A DNA stretch of 64,000 bases from Dicyema japonicum (Eukaryota; Animalia; Dicyemida), in NCBI GenBank assembly GCA_011109175.1, contig RDEW01000007.1, positions 805,712 to 869,711 of the forward strand, read 5' to 3'. The translations under genes and the position numbers were made by a program. The notes beneath the pieces are model-generated. The model was not told the DNA's origin. It searched no databases and was given only the letters and a program-made list of their open reading frames with translations. Below, piece by piece: positions 1 to 12,249 of the stretch. Numbering within the stretch: the stretch's first letter is position 1; the number at the start of each line of letters is the position of its first letter.

Positions 1-2330
1 GGAGGGGGTATACTGACTCTTGTGAGAAAAGGAATAAAATACCTCGAGAAACCTTCTCCCTACAAAAGCCTAATGGAAGACTCGAACACGGAGCTAATTG
101 GAATTTCTGTTGTAACTTCCATTGGAAAAATTGAAATTGCGAATGTTTATGTTCCTCCTCCAGGGTCCTGCAAGAAAAATTTCTACTTTGACCCATCGAC
201 CTAGGACAAACTGGAGAACTTGTTTTCATGTGGAGACCTGAATGCGAAGCACCCTTCTTGGTTCCGCTACCAGGCCGCTGATAACAGAGGAAACCTGCTA
301 TTATCCCAAATGCAAAACTTAATAATCGTCAACAATCCGAAAAAGAACACTAGGACACCATACAACACGAAGGACATGGTGACATCTTCGGATTTATCAA
401 TCTGCTCGCCTCGTTATTCCCCGATCATTAATTGGGCAGTCCGTTATGATTGCCGGAGTGACCACCATTAAATGATAATAACGCTGAACTGAGAGCTACT
501 TTTTGTACCGAAGCCTATTAATTTCTATGATTACAAAAATGCAAATTGGACTGGCTTTACAAATTTCGTTGATTCAAAACTGCAAAACTTCTACCCTGAA
601 AATTTCTGTTCCATAGACAGAGCTGTATACTATTTCAACAGAACAATCATTGATGGGAGAAAAATTTTTGTCAGAAAAGCATATATAAAAAACGAAAAAT
701 TAAAATACGACTCAAAAACAAAGAAAATTATTATGAAAAGAAACACCCTTAAAAGAATGACACATCGATCACGAGAGGTCATTAATCGAATCAGGGCACT
801 AAACATTCTGATCACGAAAAGGACGAACAACACTCGAAGAAAGAAACTCATGCGAATCTCTGCTGTCATGAATAATCAGACCTCAATTTCCAACATGTGG
901 AAGATGTTGAGGTGTCTGAAGAACCCAGAATACGAAGATAACAAAGAACAATGCCAGCTCAATCTGAATATATTTATGAAACATTGTATCCGAATCAGTC
1001 ACATTCCTTATAAAAAGATTAACACAGAACCGAAAATAAAGAGAAAGCCATCCATAATGGCTCCGCTGATTTATTTTTCCCTAAAGATGTATCCAAAGCA
1101 ATATCAAATCAAAAAAACAAACTCATGTGGCCCAGACGGAATTCCCCTTGTTCTGCTGAGACACTTGGGACCACCACCAATAAATGACAATCATCTACAA
1201 CACATCGCTAAACATAAATATCATATCGACTTTATAGAAAACTATCAAAAATTCGTCCAATATTGAAACCGGGAAGACCGAAGAACGATTCCGGCTCTTA
1301 CAGTCCAGTCTCCCTTATATGTGTTTTGTCGAGAATCTTGGGGAAACTTGTCCTAAAACTTATTTGCCCCTCTCTCCCACAACCTACATTCCTACATGCC
1401 TTCAAGGAAGGATTATCAACAACCTCCTTCCTAACAACACTACTGAAGTTCATAACTGAAGGACACAAGAACAAGCCAAAACAGGAAAAATCGGTCATTC
1501 AAAAAGTTCGAGTCTGTCCTAAAGAAGATCCTCATACAAAAATTATTGTTGATAAAAATTGCTGCACCACTTAAGTCATAGATAACAAATTTCTTAAGTG
1601 GATGCCGAGAGAAAGTGTGCGTCGGAAACAAGAGTTCCAGATCGAGATTGTTACCCAATGGTGTACCCCAGGGATCTCCTTTGTCACCAATCCTCTTTAA
1701 TTTGGTTCTGAACGATCTCCCCGTTCCTATGAATAATAATGACATGCTACTTTCTTATGTCGATGACATAGTTGTCGCACCTAGGGACGTAAATGTCAAA
1801 CATGCTAAAGGAAGACTACAAGGAATACTAAATAACATATTTGGATGGTTGTGAGAAAATCAATTAAATTCATGTTCCGGAAAGTCAGCAGTCACTCTAT
1901 CAACTTGTGCAAATAAGATCAATTTTGTAAAAGCCTTTTTGGAAATGTAGAGGAATTTATCCGCCAGGTATTGAGACCCTCTACAAGCAGTATATCGAGC
2001 CAACAATATGCTATGCATTTGCTGCGTGGGGATCTAACCTGTCGGCAACAAACCTAACAAAAATTCAAGAGATCCAGTCAAGAGCAATAAAGTTACTGGA
2101 AGAATATACAGATAAAGAAATTGCCCCCAGAACATTCGAATCTCTCATAGAGGCAGCTGTAGGCATTTTCAGAAGAGGAGAGAAAAAAGACCCCCGTCCG
2201 TATAGAAAATGTGTGGGGTCACGGTCGGAGCATCGAGAAAAAATATTATTGAGAGATGCCGGGATCACCTGAATATTAGTTGGTGGTTAAGAATGTGTTT
2301 CTTTTGGTTAAATAATAATAAATAAAATAC
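1..2330 (+). mobile_element. Degenerate Ingi/Vingi-like (I-group) LINE: APE endonuclease + reverse transcriptase, 5' end off window
   Basis: APE motifs IANVYVPP, GDLNAKHPSW, SDHH (22-471); RT motifs SCGPDGIP, SYSPVSL, GVPQGSPLSPILFNL, YVDD (1120-1790); ORF ends AGIT-stop near 2270, then a (TAA)n tail at ~2308-2327. Many frameshifts. Clade assignment is inferred from single-ORF layout and no visible RNase H. Confidence 0.85.
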
Positions 2331-4199
2331 TTATATCGATTGCCCAGCTTTTCGACCGTTATTCAGTGATATCAGAATCCAGACTGTTCGCGGTTTTCAA
2401 CTTAATTTTCAGTGTTTTAGGTGTACATCCTACAAGACATCCTAATAGTCGCCAGATATCGGTTTGCATGTGTACTTTTGTAGATTTCACTATTTGAGAT
2501 TCTGTTAGGCCAATCTGGTAAGTAACTTCTTAAAAGATTCCAGCCTTCTCCCTAATCTTTTTTGCTCACCAATTCCCAACGTTAAGGGCTTCAAAAGTTG
2601 TAAAACTGAACATCGAGTTATGTGGATTTCTTTCTACTTATGTTGCGTCCGTCTTGTCTTTGTTAACACTGAGGGACTATTTCCTAGGTAGATCAGCCAA
2701 AAATTAAGTATTCGATCAGTCTCTCCAGCTTAACAGATATCCATCATCTCCGCATTAAAGTCACTTACACAGCCAACCTAAAGAAAGTCTCAATCCCATA
2801 TAAGAAGTAATTCTCTGGATGACGGTCAATATTCCTCCCAAAGGACTTTTGCATATTAGTCACCCCAGCAGAAACTATAGCAGATACAAAACTCCCACTG
2901 GTCTTCAAATATTACTTGACCCCAACTACCAAACCTTCCAACACTTAAATCCAATAACCTCAGAGAGTACGTAGAATCCTTACTGACCTCCAAAATATAC
3001 TCCGAATAATCTCCCCTCTGGCGAAAAACCGAATCAGGACTGAAGGAATTAACGACTTTGTATCCGTTTCATATGGGTCCTTGAAGACCGCAAAATACTT
3101 AGGGTTCCTGAGATCATATATCCAAGGAACCCTAGGTCTTTTACATCTGTGCTCAATGTCGTAATTAGTGCAGACCCTTTCCATACGGTTATTAAAAATT
3201 CTTTGCCGTATGAAAGATTATAGATGAACCAATGTAAGCACATTTTTGAATAAAATAGCTATCTTATAAGCTGACTTTAACTGTGAAAAGGTATTTTTCA
3301 AGAAATAATCTAAACAAGGACTAGTTGGCTAACATATTAATTGGTGAAGGTTGAAAAGGCGACGCACCTCTGCTTAAATTAGTGTTTATTTAGTTATCAG
3401 CTGCTTTCTCCGAAGTGTCATGAAGCAGGGTCTTCCTGGCTTTCTCATGAACAGATGCATTCTTGAATTCAAATCTGCCTAAATTTTACACTCAGATTCT
3501 TTTTCAACCGATATCTCAGTCCTCTTGAGTGCTTGACCCAGGAATGCGAAAGAATGAACCCTTTTGATACTTCAGCAATCAATCTAGATTGTATATCTCC
3601 ACTTCAATCGATAAATCAGCAGTATAAATTTAAACATATGGAGGTCAGTCAGTCGGGATTACTTTTATTGGGAGACTAGCAAGTTGTCATTTTCTAGGGG
3701 GATACAGTTCAGTGTAATTGCAAATATTTTATTTCAAAAAGTCAGCGTATCCAATGTTTTCCGAATCCACCATGAAAAGAAGGCGAGAGGCACTGAGGAC
3801 GCTTGAACTCCATCAAGGCTAGCCGTCTTTAAGGAGGTTATATCTCGCATAACCATTGATTTCAGTAAGTCTTCCACCACGTTGACCTCATACCCTATAA
3901 AATGGGTAATTTGTAAATCAATGTGTTAATTCCAAAATCGATAGGAGATTATAAGGAAATACAATAATATTTCGTAATTTATGCATATTGAGGAACCCAC
4001 TTCTTCCAAACGAAAGATAACAGCTAGAAAGATCGAAATACCTTCCAATTCATTGTAGTTTATATATAACTTCAGCTCACCTCCCGATCCTGTGTATTAC
4101 GTTGAAAGAATATACGGGAAGTATGCTACCCTAATGAACCAGTATATCTCAAATAACACTGATAATTAAATATATTACATAATTCTAAACAAAACTGCT

Positions 4200-5140
4200 T
4201 GCTCATACTGAGGACATGATTAGAGGCACTCAAACGTATCACCAACTCTTGGAATTCAAATGGGAGAGGACAGATGGTCCAGCCACACCTCAAAAATATC
4301 CACGACTAGATTTCTACTATTGCCGGTAAAAAATATTGATATCAGCTTGTGGGACATTAATGGAAGCGAAACTCCCCTAGTCAACCATGCGGGGTTACAA
4401 AACTATATAAGCAAAATAGATTATTTATTCTGCGGTCAGGCTAATCTTAAATTATGAAACAATTTTAAACTTAACTTACTTAACTATTCCCGGGCAGCAG
4501 AAAGCGTTGTCCTGCTAATAACTCCAACGTCGCTAATGCCCCTACTCCCTGAGAAGTTTTGAAAACGAAAATTAGGCCATAATCTCCACGAGGTTTAAAA
4601 ATCCATAAGCCGGTTTATCTTACCAAGGATCTGATCGCGATTATTTATTTATCCAAGTTTTTGTTTTTTTATCATGTTGTTGGGGTTAGTCGCTGAGTAC
4701 TTCAATCTATAAATTAGTAAATTTGGAGACCACGAGGGTTGGTCCCCACGCAAGAAAAGGTCGAAAATTTTATTTTCTTAAATATTGCCAACAACTTTCT
4801 GGAGACATGGAAAGTTCGCTTTAGAGATATGAAATCTCGTATTCAAAGTACGAAAAGGAAACCGCTCTTAAGTTTGAAGAAAAGTTCGTCCATTCACAGA
4901 CGGGCGTCCAACAAGGAAGCCCACTGGGATCTTTTTTTTCCTTGATAATCTACAAATATAAAACCTCCCTTCAATTTGTGGTACCTAGATGACGCTATAA
5001 TTGTGAGTCCCATTGACGTCATGTTCGACGACTCCCATATTGCCTTGCCCTCTCTTCGGGAGCTCGAAATGACAATGAATTTTACCAATACAGAACCAAC
5101 CAATATCACCAGACATGGGAAACATTATTGTAGGAGGTGA
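4200..5140 (+). mobile_element. CRE-like non-LTR retrotransposon RT fragment
   Basis: Frameshifted motifs (G)QMVQPHLKN, SQTGVQQGSPLGS and NLWYLDDAII match the better copy at 51200-52735. Confidence 0.7.
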
Positions 5141-5328
5141 AGATCATTAGGTAACTCTACTTCGCTTTTGTTGCTGTTCGACAAAAATCACTTCGTAAAG
5201 TTGACTTGTATGTCGGATTTGATATTTCCTGGTGTTCCTTCGATGGTGATGAATTAATGGATGCTTTCTCAGTGAAAGAAAAGCATCTCGGTTCCTTGTC
5301 CTTAAGATTGACGAAATCACAAAAATAT

Positions 5329-6565
5329 TTATTTCATCAAAATAAATATAGTTTCTTTGCAATCAATATGATTGTCCACTAAAACAGCACCACAGTCAGT
5401 CAAGAATACAATAAACTCCTCCTCCGACAAATACCCGAGCATTCTCCCGGCTGCCTCAACAGATAATTTTGGTCTGTGACTACACATCAACACATCACTT
5501 ACGATCGACAAATCATCTCAAACACTTCCTTTCTGAATGACTCCACAAACCAATCCACCACCTTCTTTCCAACTCCCGGGAATTCTCTGTAGACTCCAAA
5601 GAAACCCACTAAATCCTTAGTCTCGTACGCCCTCTGTAGTCTCAAAGCTTCCTTCACATAAAGATCCTTCCTCTCCTCCTTCCCCAAGCAGGAGACAGCC
5701 TCCATCAATCCTTAAATAAGTCACATGTCAACCAGCATTGTGATGTGTGAAAATACAATTTAAAATATAAAAGCTCATTAATTCCCCACAAAACTCACCC
5801 CCATATAGACCTTTCAACTGAGTAAGGCATTGCCCAAACTCTGTCCAATCCCCTACCATCAGAGCCATCCGTACGTGGGTGTCATACACAGCAATAGTGA
5901 ACTCATTACGAATCCCCTGAACTGTCAGGTCCTGCCGAATGGACTTGAGTTGCTCAGAAACGTACGAATAGTTACGTTCTTTGTCCCAAACTTCCTTAAC
6001 AAGCTCCAAAGACTTTCTGAGGACTCCTTCAGGTCTAACTTTGGAAGGATCAATCTCCTAATAGTAACGAAAGAAGGAAACGGAAGTGAGGCGAAAGTAA
6101 TCCTTCTCCAAATCAACACACGTTCCCACAATGTCTCCAGAGTTTGTAAACCCAGAGGTTGAGAGATCCAATCCCCTTGATAAACGGGAGATACGAATCT
6201 GATGGCTTGACTGAGCAGGTTTTTTAGGGAAAAGAGAACTTTTTATACATAGAATGCTACCTTATATCATGTCTAGGCACGTGGTCAGGTGTGTGTGTCA
6301 TTTTAGCATATTCTGCTGAAAGCTTTACCGGGTTTGGAGTAAATTTGTTGTTTTTCTGTTTCTTGGTGGGTTTGAAAACTTGGAAAATGTCACTCAGGTC
6401 ATCAAAGGCAGATTGGTTGGCTGAGTTATCTCCTCTATAAGTTCGATTAGCTCTTTGTCCCTTTTTGGTCGGTTTAAACTCCACGGGAGGTTCGAGGGAT
6501 GACAGTATATTGTGGTCAACAGTTATCGTGTCCTTCTTTGACAGTTTAAAAGGTTTTAATGACAT
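5329..6565 (-). CDS. LENG8: LENG8/THP3 (SAC3/GANP family) protein, 5 exons
   Basis: Spliced translation gives [66 protein letters not shown] and EFGQCLTQLKGLY, the LENG8 core. Introns 6239-6260, 6058-6081, 5711-5732 and 5480-5502 (22-24 nt, GT-AG) restore one frame. Confidence 0.92.
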
Positions 6566-7625
6566 TTTGACTGGTCTGGACTATATATATACAGAGTACT
6601 TCGGGTATATTGGTGGAGAGTCAGAATTTGATGGATCTGGTTGAATGATGTAGGAAATGTCGCCATTGCTTGATTCCTGTGTTAATAAAGCCGTTTCTCC
6701 ATTTTGTTCGTCATGCTCAAAGTGTATTTTAAAGTTGTTCATATCAACCACAGACTCAAGTTCTGAGTTATTTAAATTATAAATATATTTTATTAAATAT
6801 CATAATAAATCATTAATTATATATCTATTTTCTTGTCACTAACTACTCCGGAATCTCTAATTCTTTTGGACCAAAGGGTGTTGTCTTGTAACGATCCTAC
6901 GCCCTATGCGAGTTTAGGGAGGAACTTCGGTCATGCATGATGAGGCCACTGCTTAGCTTGTCAGGATTACGTGATTAGAAAGTATAATTTTGTCGTGGTC
7001 TTTGAATTTTAATTATAATTATTTATCATCTCTACGGGTTCATACATCACTTGGACCTATTAGTTTCGAGACTATGAACACGCTTGTGTAGTATGGATCA
7101 CCTCTCACTATCGGTTCAGAAAAATTAATCCTCATATATAGAGAACGATGTGCCTAAACAGCGTTTGAAAATCTTCAAGATCTGAAGGACTGCTTAGAAA
7201 TGGAGTTATTATTCATGCAGTATGTCCAACTAGTGGATTCTAACGCGAGTATATAAATAATGTGTGGAATTCCGTGAACACAAAGCAAAGACGATGAGGT
7301 TATTGAGAATGAGATCACTTAAAGAGGTGTCTTTCCCTTTTATTCATTTACAATCAGCAGACCGGGAGATATGAAGAGCCATCTCATGCAATGACTGGGT
7401 AGATGGAAAAAATTGCTCATTTTAATGCCCACTGGCACTGGGGCCGTCGAAATATGAGAATCACATGACGCCACACGAGGATAATCAACACTAAGGAGTG
7501 ATCTCTTAGTAAAGAGTGATTCTTGGTGAATAAATAATTATACTTAATTTTTATTTTTATTAGGAAGGTTTTCCATAATGTTGTTAATAATTTTTGATTG
7601 TTTTCTCATTCTGTGTTCAAGAATT

Positions 7626-10600
7626 TTAACCGAGTGACCTCTGTAGCTTATCTATAAATTTAGCCTTTTCCTTTACGTTGGTAGAAAAGGAAAATCCATT
7701 GACCTTGGCTGCAATGCTGTCAGAAATCTTCTGGAAAACACTTTTATATTGCTTCAAGTTCAGCTTTTTCTCCAGTGCTCTTTGAAATAAATTAAATTTT
7801 ACTTTATAAACAAAACAGGTATCATCATCACCCCCAAATTCAATAAAAGGAGGAACCAAAAAGAGGGGTTCTTGTAAAGTATATAAAGTGCTCCGATCGA
7901 GGGGAGGCTATGATTGGGTCATTAAATAAAATGGTCAAAGCAAAGAATACGAATATTGACAGTAAAATGGACAGGACGTTGATTATGTTCCAGGACTGAA
8001 GGGTTATGGCACACTAAAAGTCATCTACACTAGAATACTCGAAGATTTAATACAAAGATAGTGATCGTCATGACTGCGTGACGGAACAGCTCAATGTCGT
8101 CGTTTGCATATCCTTTCGGGGAGATTGTGTTGTTGAATGTCAGATACGAAGAGATGACTATCATTAATGAGGTCAGGAATCCTTCCGTGACGAACATGCG
8201 AATGTCCAGTAGTTGTAGAGTTTGTTGTCCTTCCCATACTGAAACAGAGTGGGGTGATCGAGTTGTTGTTTAGTGTCCTAAAGTAAAATAAAGACTGAGC
8301 CTTTTCGAAGACTGCAAGGACCGTGATAGGCCCTGTAGTGTAGAGGAGGTTGACCAATGCCACAAAGTTTTGGTTAAATACGTTTTGGGCACTAAAACCA
8401 GTGAAAAAAGCGAAAATGGCCTGCTGAAAGGCATAGGCGAAGCTCTTGTATATGAAATATTTGATGAATTTGGAAAGTCTCAAGTATGCCAGGCGTCCGT
8501 GAAAGAAGATGAGTTTGTCCACGAATTTAAACTGGGCTATTGAATAGTCGGAATTAAGCACAGCCTGGCGTCCTTCCAATCCATAAATTCCAACCCCCAC
8601 TTTCGCCACTGGAATCTCAAATAACAAAAACCTCTAATCATGTTTACGTCGTTTCCCCCGTCTCCAACCGACATTGTCACCCCCTTTTTTGATTTTTGGA
8701 CCAATTCCACAATTTCCGCTTTTTGACGAGGAGTCATTCTGCAGCATATTATCGAGGTACAGAAATCAATGACCGTCACAAACAACTCCCTGTGGTACTT
8801 CAGTATAACACTCTACAGCTCAGCCAAGACTATACTAAGGCAATCCCGGATATTGCGAGAGAAAATCTCACATCAGAATATTCCCCTTCAATCTTTCCCA
8901 TTTCCGTCAAATAGCAGTCCAAAGTCATCCCCCGTGATAATAACTCATCGTATACATAGTTATTGAAGTCTATCAGCTGTTTCTCCACCATATCTTTGTC
9001 CTTCTCTGTTAAATGTCTTACAAGGTCTGTTGACCTGACCAAGCCACAGGAATATGATATATTAATCGCTGTCTCTAAGGCTGAGAATGGTCAATACCCA
9101 TCTTGTCACCAGTGAGCATCCAAATTTGGATCTTTGAGTGTAATATTTTATTTATGGTCTCGGGAACTTTGTCTTGTAGCTTGTCCTCGATTCCTGTGCA
9201 ACCTACAAGGATCAGGTTCTTTTCAATTTCCTTGTAGGATTCAATGATTCTGTCTTCTTGATTTCCCATAGCGCACATAGCCTCCTTATATTCAGCATTC
9301 CACGTGTTCCATTCACTTTCTGATAATATTTTGTAGGCATAACACAACGTCCGATATCCCCGGGTTGCAAACGTCTACCAATTCGGAAGAGGTCTAACCG
9401 TGATGTTTGCTTCAATTAGTTTTTTCTTTTCCGTTTGATGCTCCTCCAGCACGTCGTAAATGGCCGAATCAGCGCCTTTGCAGAAGACAAAGATGGTTGA
9501 CTTTCTCCTTACGACGATGGACATCCTTTTACGGACAGGATCGAACTCCAGCACAGCCAAGATCTCGCATTTGAATGGCTTCCCCCAAATACTTATGGTC
9601 AGTTGCTTAGAGTCTCTGACCTTTCTGTAAACCACGATTCCCAACCTGGAGGACATACTCAAAGTCACTGGCAAACTCTACCAACGCCTTTTCGTCCGTT
9701 GATTGGGCTTGAAATTGGATCTTTCCGGTTTCTAGGTTAAATGAAGCGTACTTTTATCAGTATGGACAAAAATGGTGTTGCAAATGGATATTATCTTGAA
9801 AAACAAATCAAGTTTTGAATCTTTACCCTTCAGCATATTCATGATGTTAGTTTTGTCCTATAATTTGAATATTTGGTACCTCCAACTTGAAGAGAGTCCC
9901 TTCAACCGAAAACTCCACCAACTTCATAATATTCTATCGTAAGGATGTCAGAGACCTGAGTCAATGTCCCTGTCTTGTCGGTAAAAAAGTGTGTGACTTG
10001 GCCGAGGTCTTCAATCAGTTCCGTCGATCGAGATCGGGCAGACTCCAGAGACGGTCCTTGCAAGTCCTGGTCCCAGTTTATAAACAGAGAGTTCACAAAG
10101 TGGATCAAATCAATACTTAAGTAGACCGGGGGAATACCTCACAAACAGGGAGATCGGAATTATGGCGTTTAGAATGATCAAAAGGGAAAAGAAGCTCAGT
10201 AGACTTAGCACGAAGCTCTCAAGGTTCTTATTGGGGTTCCTGTAAATGGTATTTGGGGAGTAGACACGGAATTTTTCCCCATAGAGTTTTTCCCATATCA
10301 CTTTACTCACGACCAATATGAGAATTGTGACCCCCAACATGATTATGATCTGGAATGACCCCAAATTCAAACTATAATCAAATGCATGTTCAAAATATTC
10401 ATTAAATTTGTCATCTTCCGCTTATATTTTCCGTTGTTTTTCCCCAATTTTGTCTCCATCCCCGTGTAAATGGCCAATCCGACGACGAATTCCGTGTTTC
10501 TGACGATTGAACCTCTCAGAATAAGGTTTGATTTTGAGAGGGACACTTCCTGATCACCGAAAAGTATTTTTCCGTGAAATTTCTCGATTTCTTCATTCGG

Positions 10601-11323
10601 CACATCACAGACTACTTCATAGTCAAAGTCATCAAAGTTCTCCAATTCCTCTAAAGCGGTGGACACCAGGTTAGGAGCATAGAGTGGTTTCAGATTATTC
10701 TCCCTATACTTTCCCATGACCTCAACCCGTCCAGGTCGCTTGTTTCCACAGAACAGAGTCCCCCGTCCGTTGTCGTCCAAAGCAACAAGTCCGCCTAGAA
10801 TATTGATTTATTATAACTGGGACAGGTTCGCCGTCGAATACCATTACCAAATCCCCGACTTTCAGTTTTTCCCACTTAGTCATGTTATTAGTCTTATTTT
10901 CGATGACCGTGCAATTTCTGAGATTTATTTCCCTGTCGTTTTTATGTCTCAGCTAAATTCTCACACAAATCAGACGTAATCGTCATAAGCCTCCCGCACT
11001 GAAGCGACAAAAAGAACCACTGCCAATGGAATTATCGTGGTGGACGGAGAGAGGGATGAAATGGTGGGGATTGACTTTTTATTGAATTTCAAAGATAACC
11101 TGAATTATGGCTATGAACAAGAAAAATAAGTTCGACGGAAGTTTGAATTGTTTGATCAAAACAAGAGGAAAAAATGAATACCACGTGTACAGAGATGTCT
11201 TGAAGTGGTTATTCTTAAAAAATTAAATGTTACACTAACACAATAATTCTGTTTGGAATTTGAATGAATTTTTCGCACGTTTTCTTGATTTTTCCCCTTT
11301 CCAGCTATTTTTTTCGAAAACAT
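7626..11323 (-). CDS. P4-type phospholipid-translocating ATPase (flippase), multi-exon
   Basis: NNHFKTSLYTWYSFFP N-terminus, VREAYDDY, LILRGSIVRNT, DLGQVTHFFTDKTGTLT phosphorylation site, FDPVRKRMS, FVFCKGADS, GCTGIEDKLQD, WMLTGDK, CRMTPRQKA, GDGGNDVNMI, C-terminal TM helices; many 22-25 nt introns and some 1-nt indels. Confidence 0.93.
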
Positions 11324-11488
11324 GCAAATTATTCAGGAATGAATAACTCATTTATTCCATAATTGGTTTTATGTATAAAAATTAGTCAAATCAAATTTAC
11401 TTTTTATATTACTTAAATTATAAATTTAAACCTCTCGGGATATTTTTATTTTTTAAATAATTTCAGTTTTCAATTATTTATTAGTTTC

Positions 11489-11795
11489 GTGGCACCATGT
11501 GGTGCTTCGTGGCTAATTGGTTCAAGTTTCTTTTTGATCGTCTGTTGCTCCTCTCTCTTTCTATTAGAGTGGCGTCATGTGATCCACCTGTATAGGTGGC
11601 GCCCGGCACGAAAAAGGATCATTTGCTCTCCCCCACTCCATTGGAGGGGTTTCCACAACTGCAAGTATGGACGTCTTTTACCCTTTATGCTGATTCTGGA
11701 TGGATTCTGTTTCTGTAGAAGTGGAAACTGGATACACTTAATTAGTTGTTTACTTTAACTTCTTTCTCGGTGTATCCGGGGTTAATAAATAAATA
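11489..11795 (+). mobile_element. ~300-bp non-autonomous SINE-like derivative of the Vingi-like LINE (5' end + 3' end only)
   Basis: 11571-11650 resembles the 5' UTRs at ~30350 and ~45525; 11720-11795 resembles the family 3' end (ETGYT-stop, stem-loop, TAAA tail). No coding core between them. Confidence 0.65.
11571..11621 (+). ncRNA. Candidate HDV-like pseudoknot fold at element 5' end
   Basis: P1 GGCGTC/GGCGCC, linker ATG, P2 TGATCC/GGATCA, P3 ACC/GGT, then CGG-CA-CGAAAAA. The L3 loop (TGTATA) is non-canonical. Confidence 0.35.
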
Positions 11796-12249
11796 AAATT
11801 AAATGAAGCAACAAGTTCTTGTACTCGCGTTCAATTCGAGAAATATCCCCTCTTTTATTAGATGTTTTATTATATCATCTCCCCTGCTAGCCAAGTAGTT
11901 TATTGGTCGGATGGTTGGGGGCATTTACCCTACGAAATGTCTACGCCACTTAAAGATTAGTGTGATTTCCAGTTCCCCATCTCGTGTGGATACACGAAAA
12001 GATCGAGAAGAGACATTGAATGCAAAATGTTTTAAGCGTCGGACACATTATGCTACAGTTTGAATCCCACCAGGTCCGAAATTTAGATGAACTTAGAAAA
12101 GTCTGTCTTGAGGGGGAGCGGGAAAATTATTAGTTATTAATTCCAGAACATTCTTAATAGAATTATTTACCCCGGTCCCTTCAAGCGAAGTGAAACGATG
12201 GCTAACAAGAACGTAACTACCACAGACATGAAATATTATTCAATATTGT

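Noticed and set aside
6887-7500. Possible solo LTR starting TGTAAC
   Set aside because: No matching CA end with TSD, no PBS/PPT and no second copy in the window.
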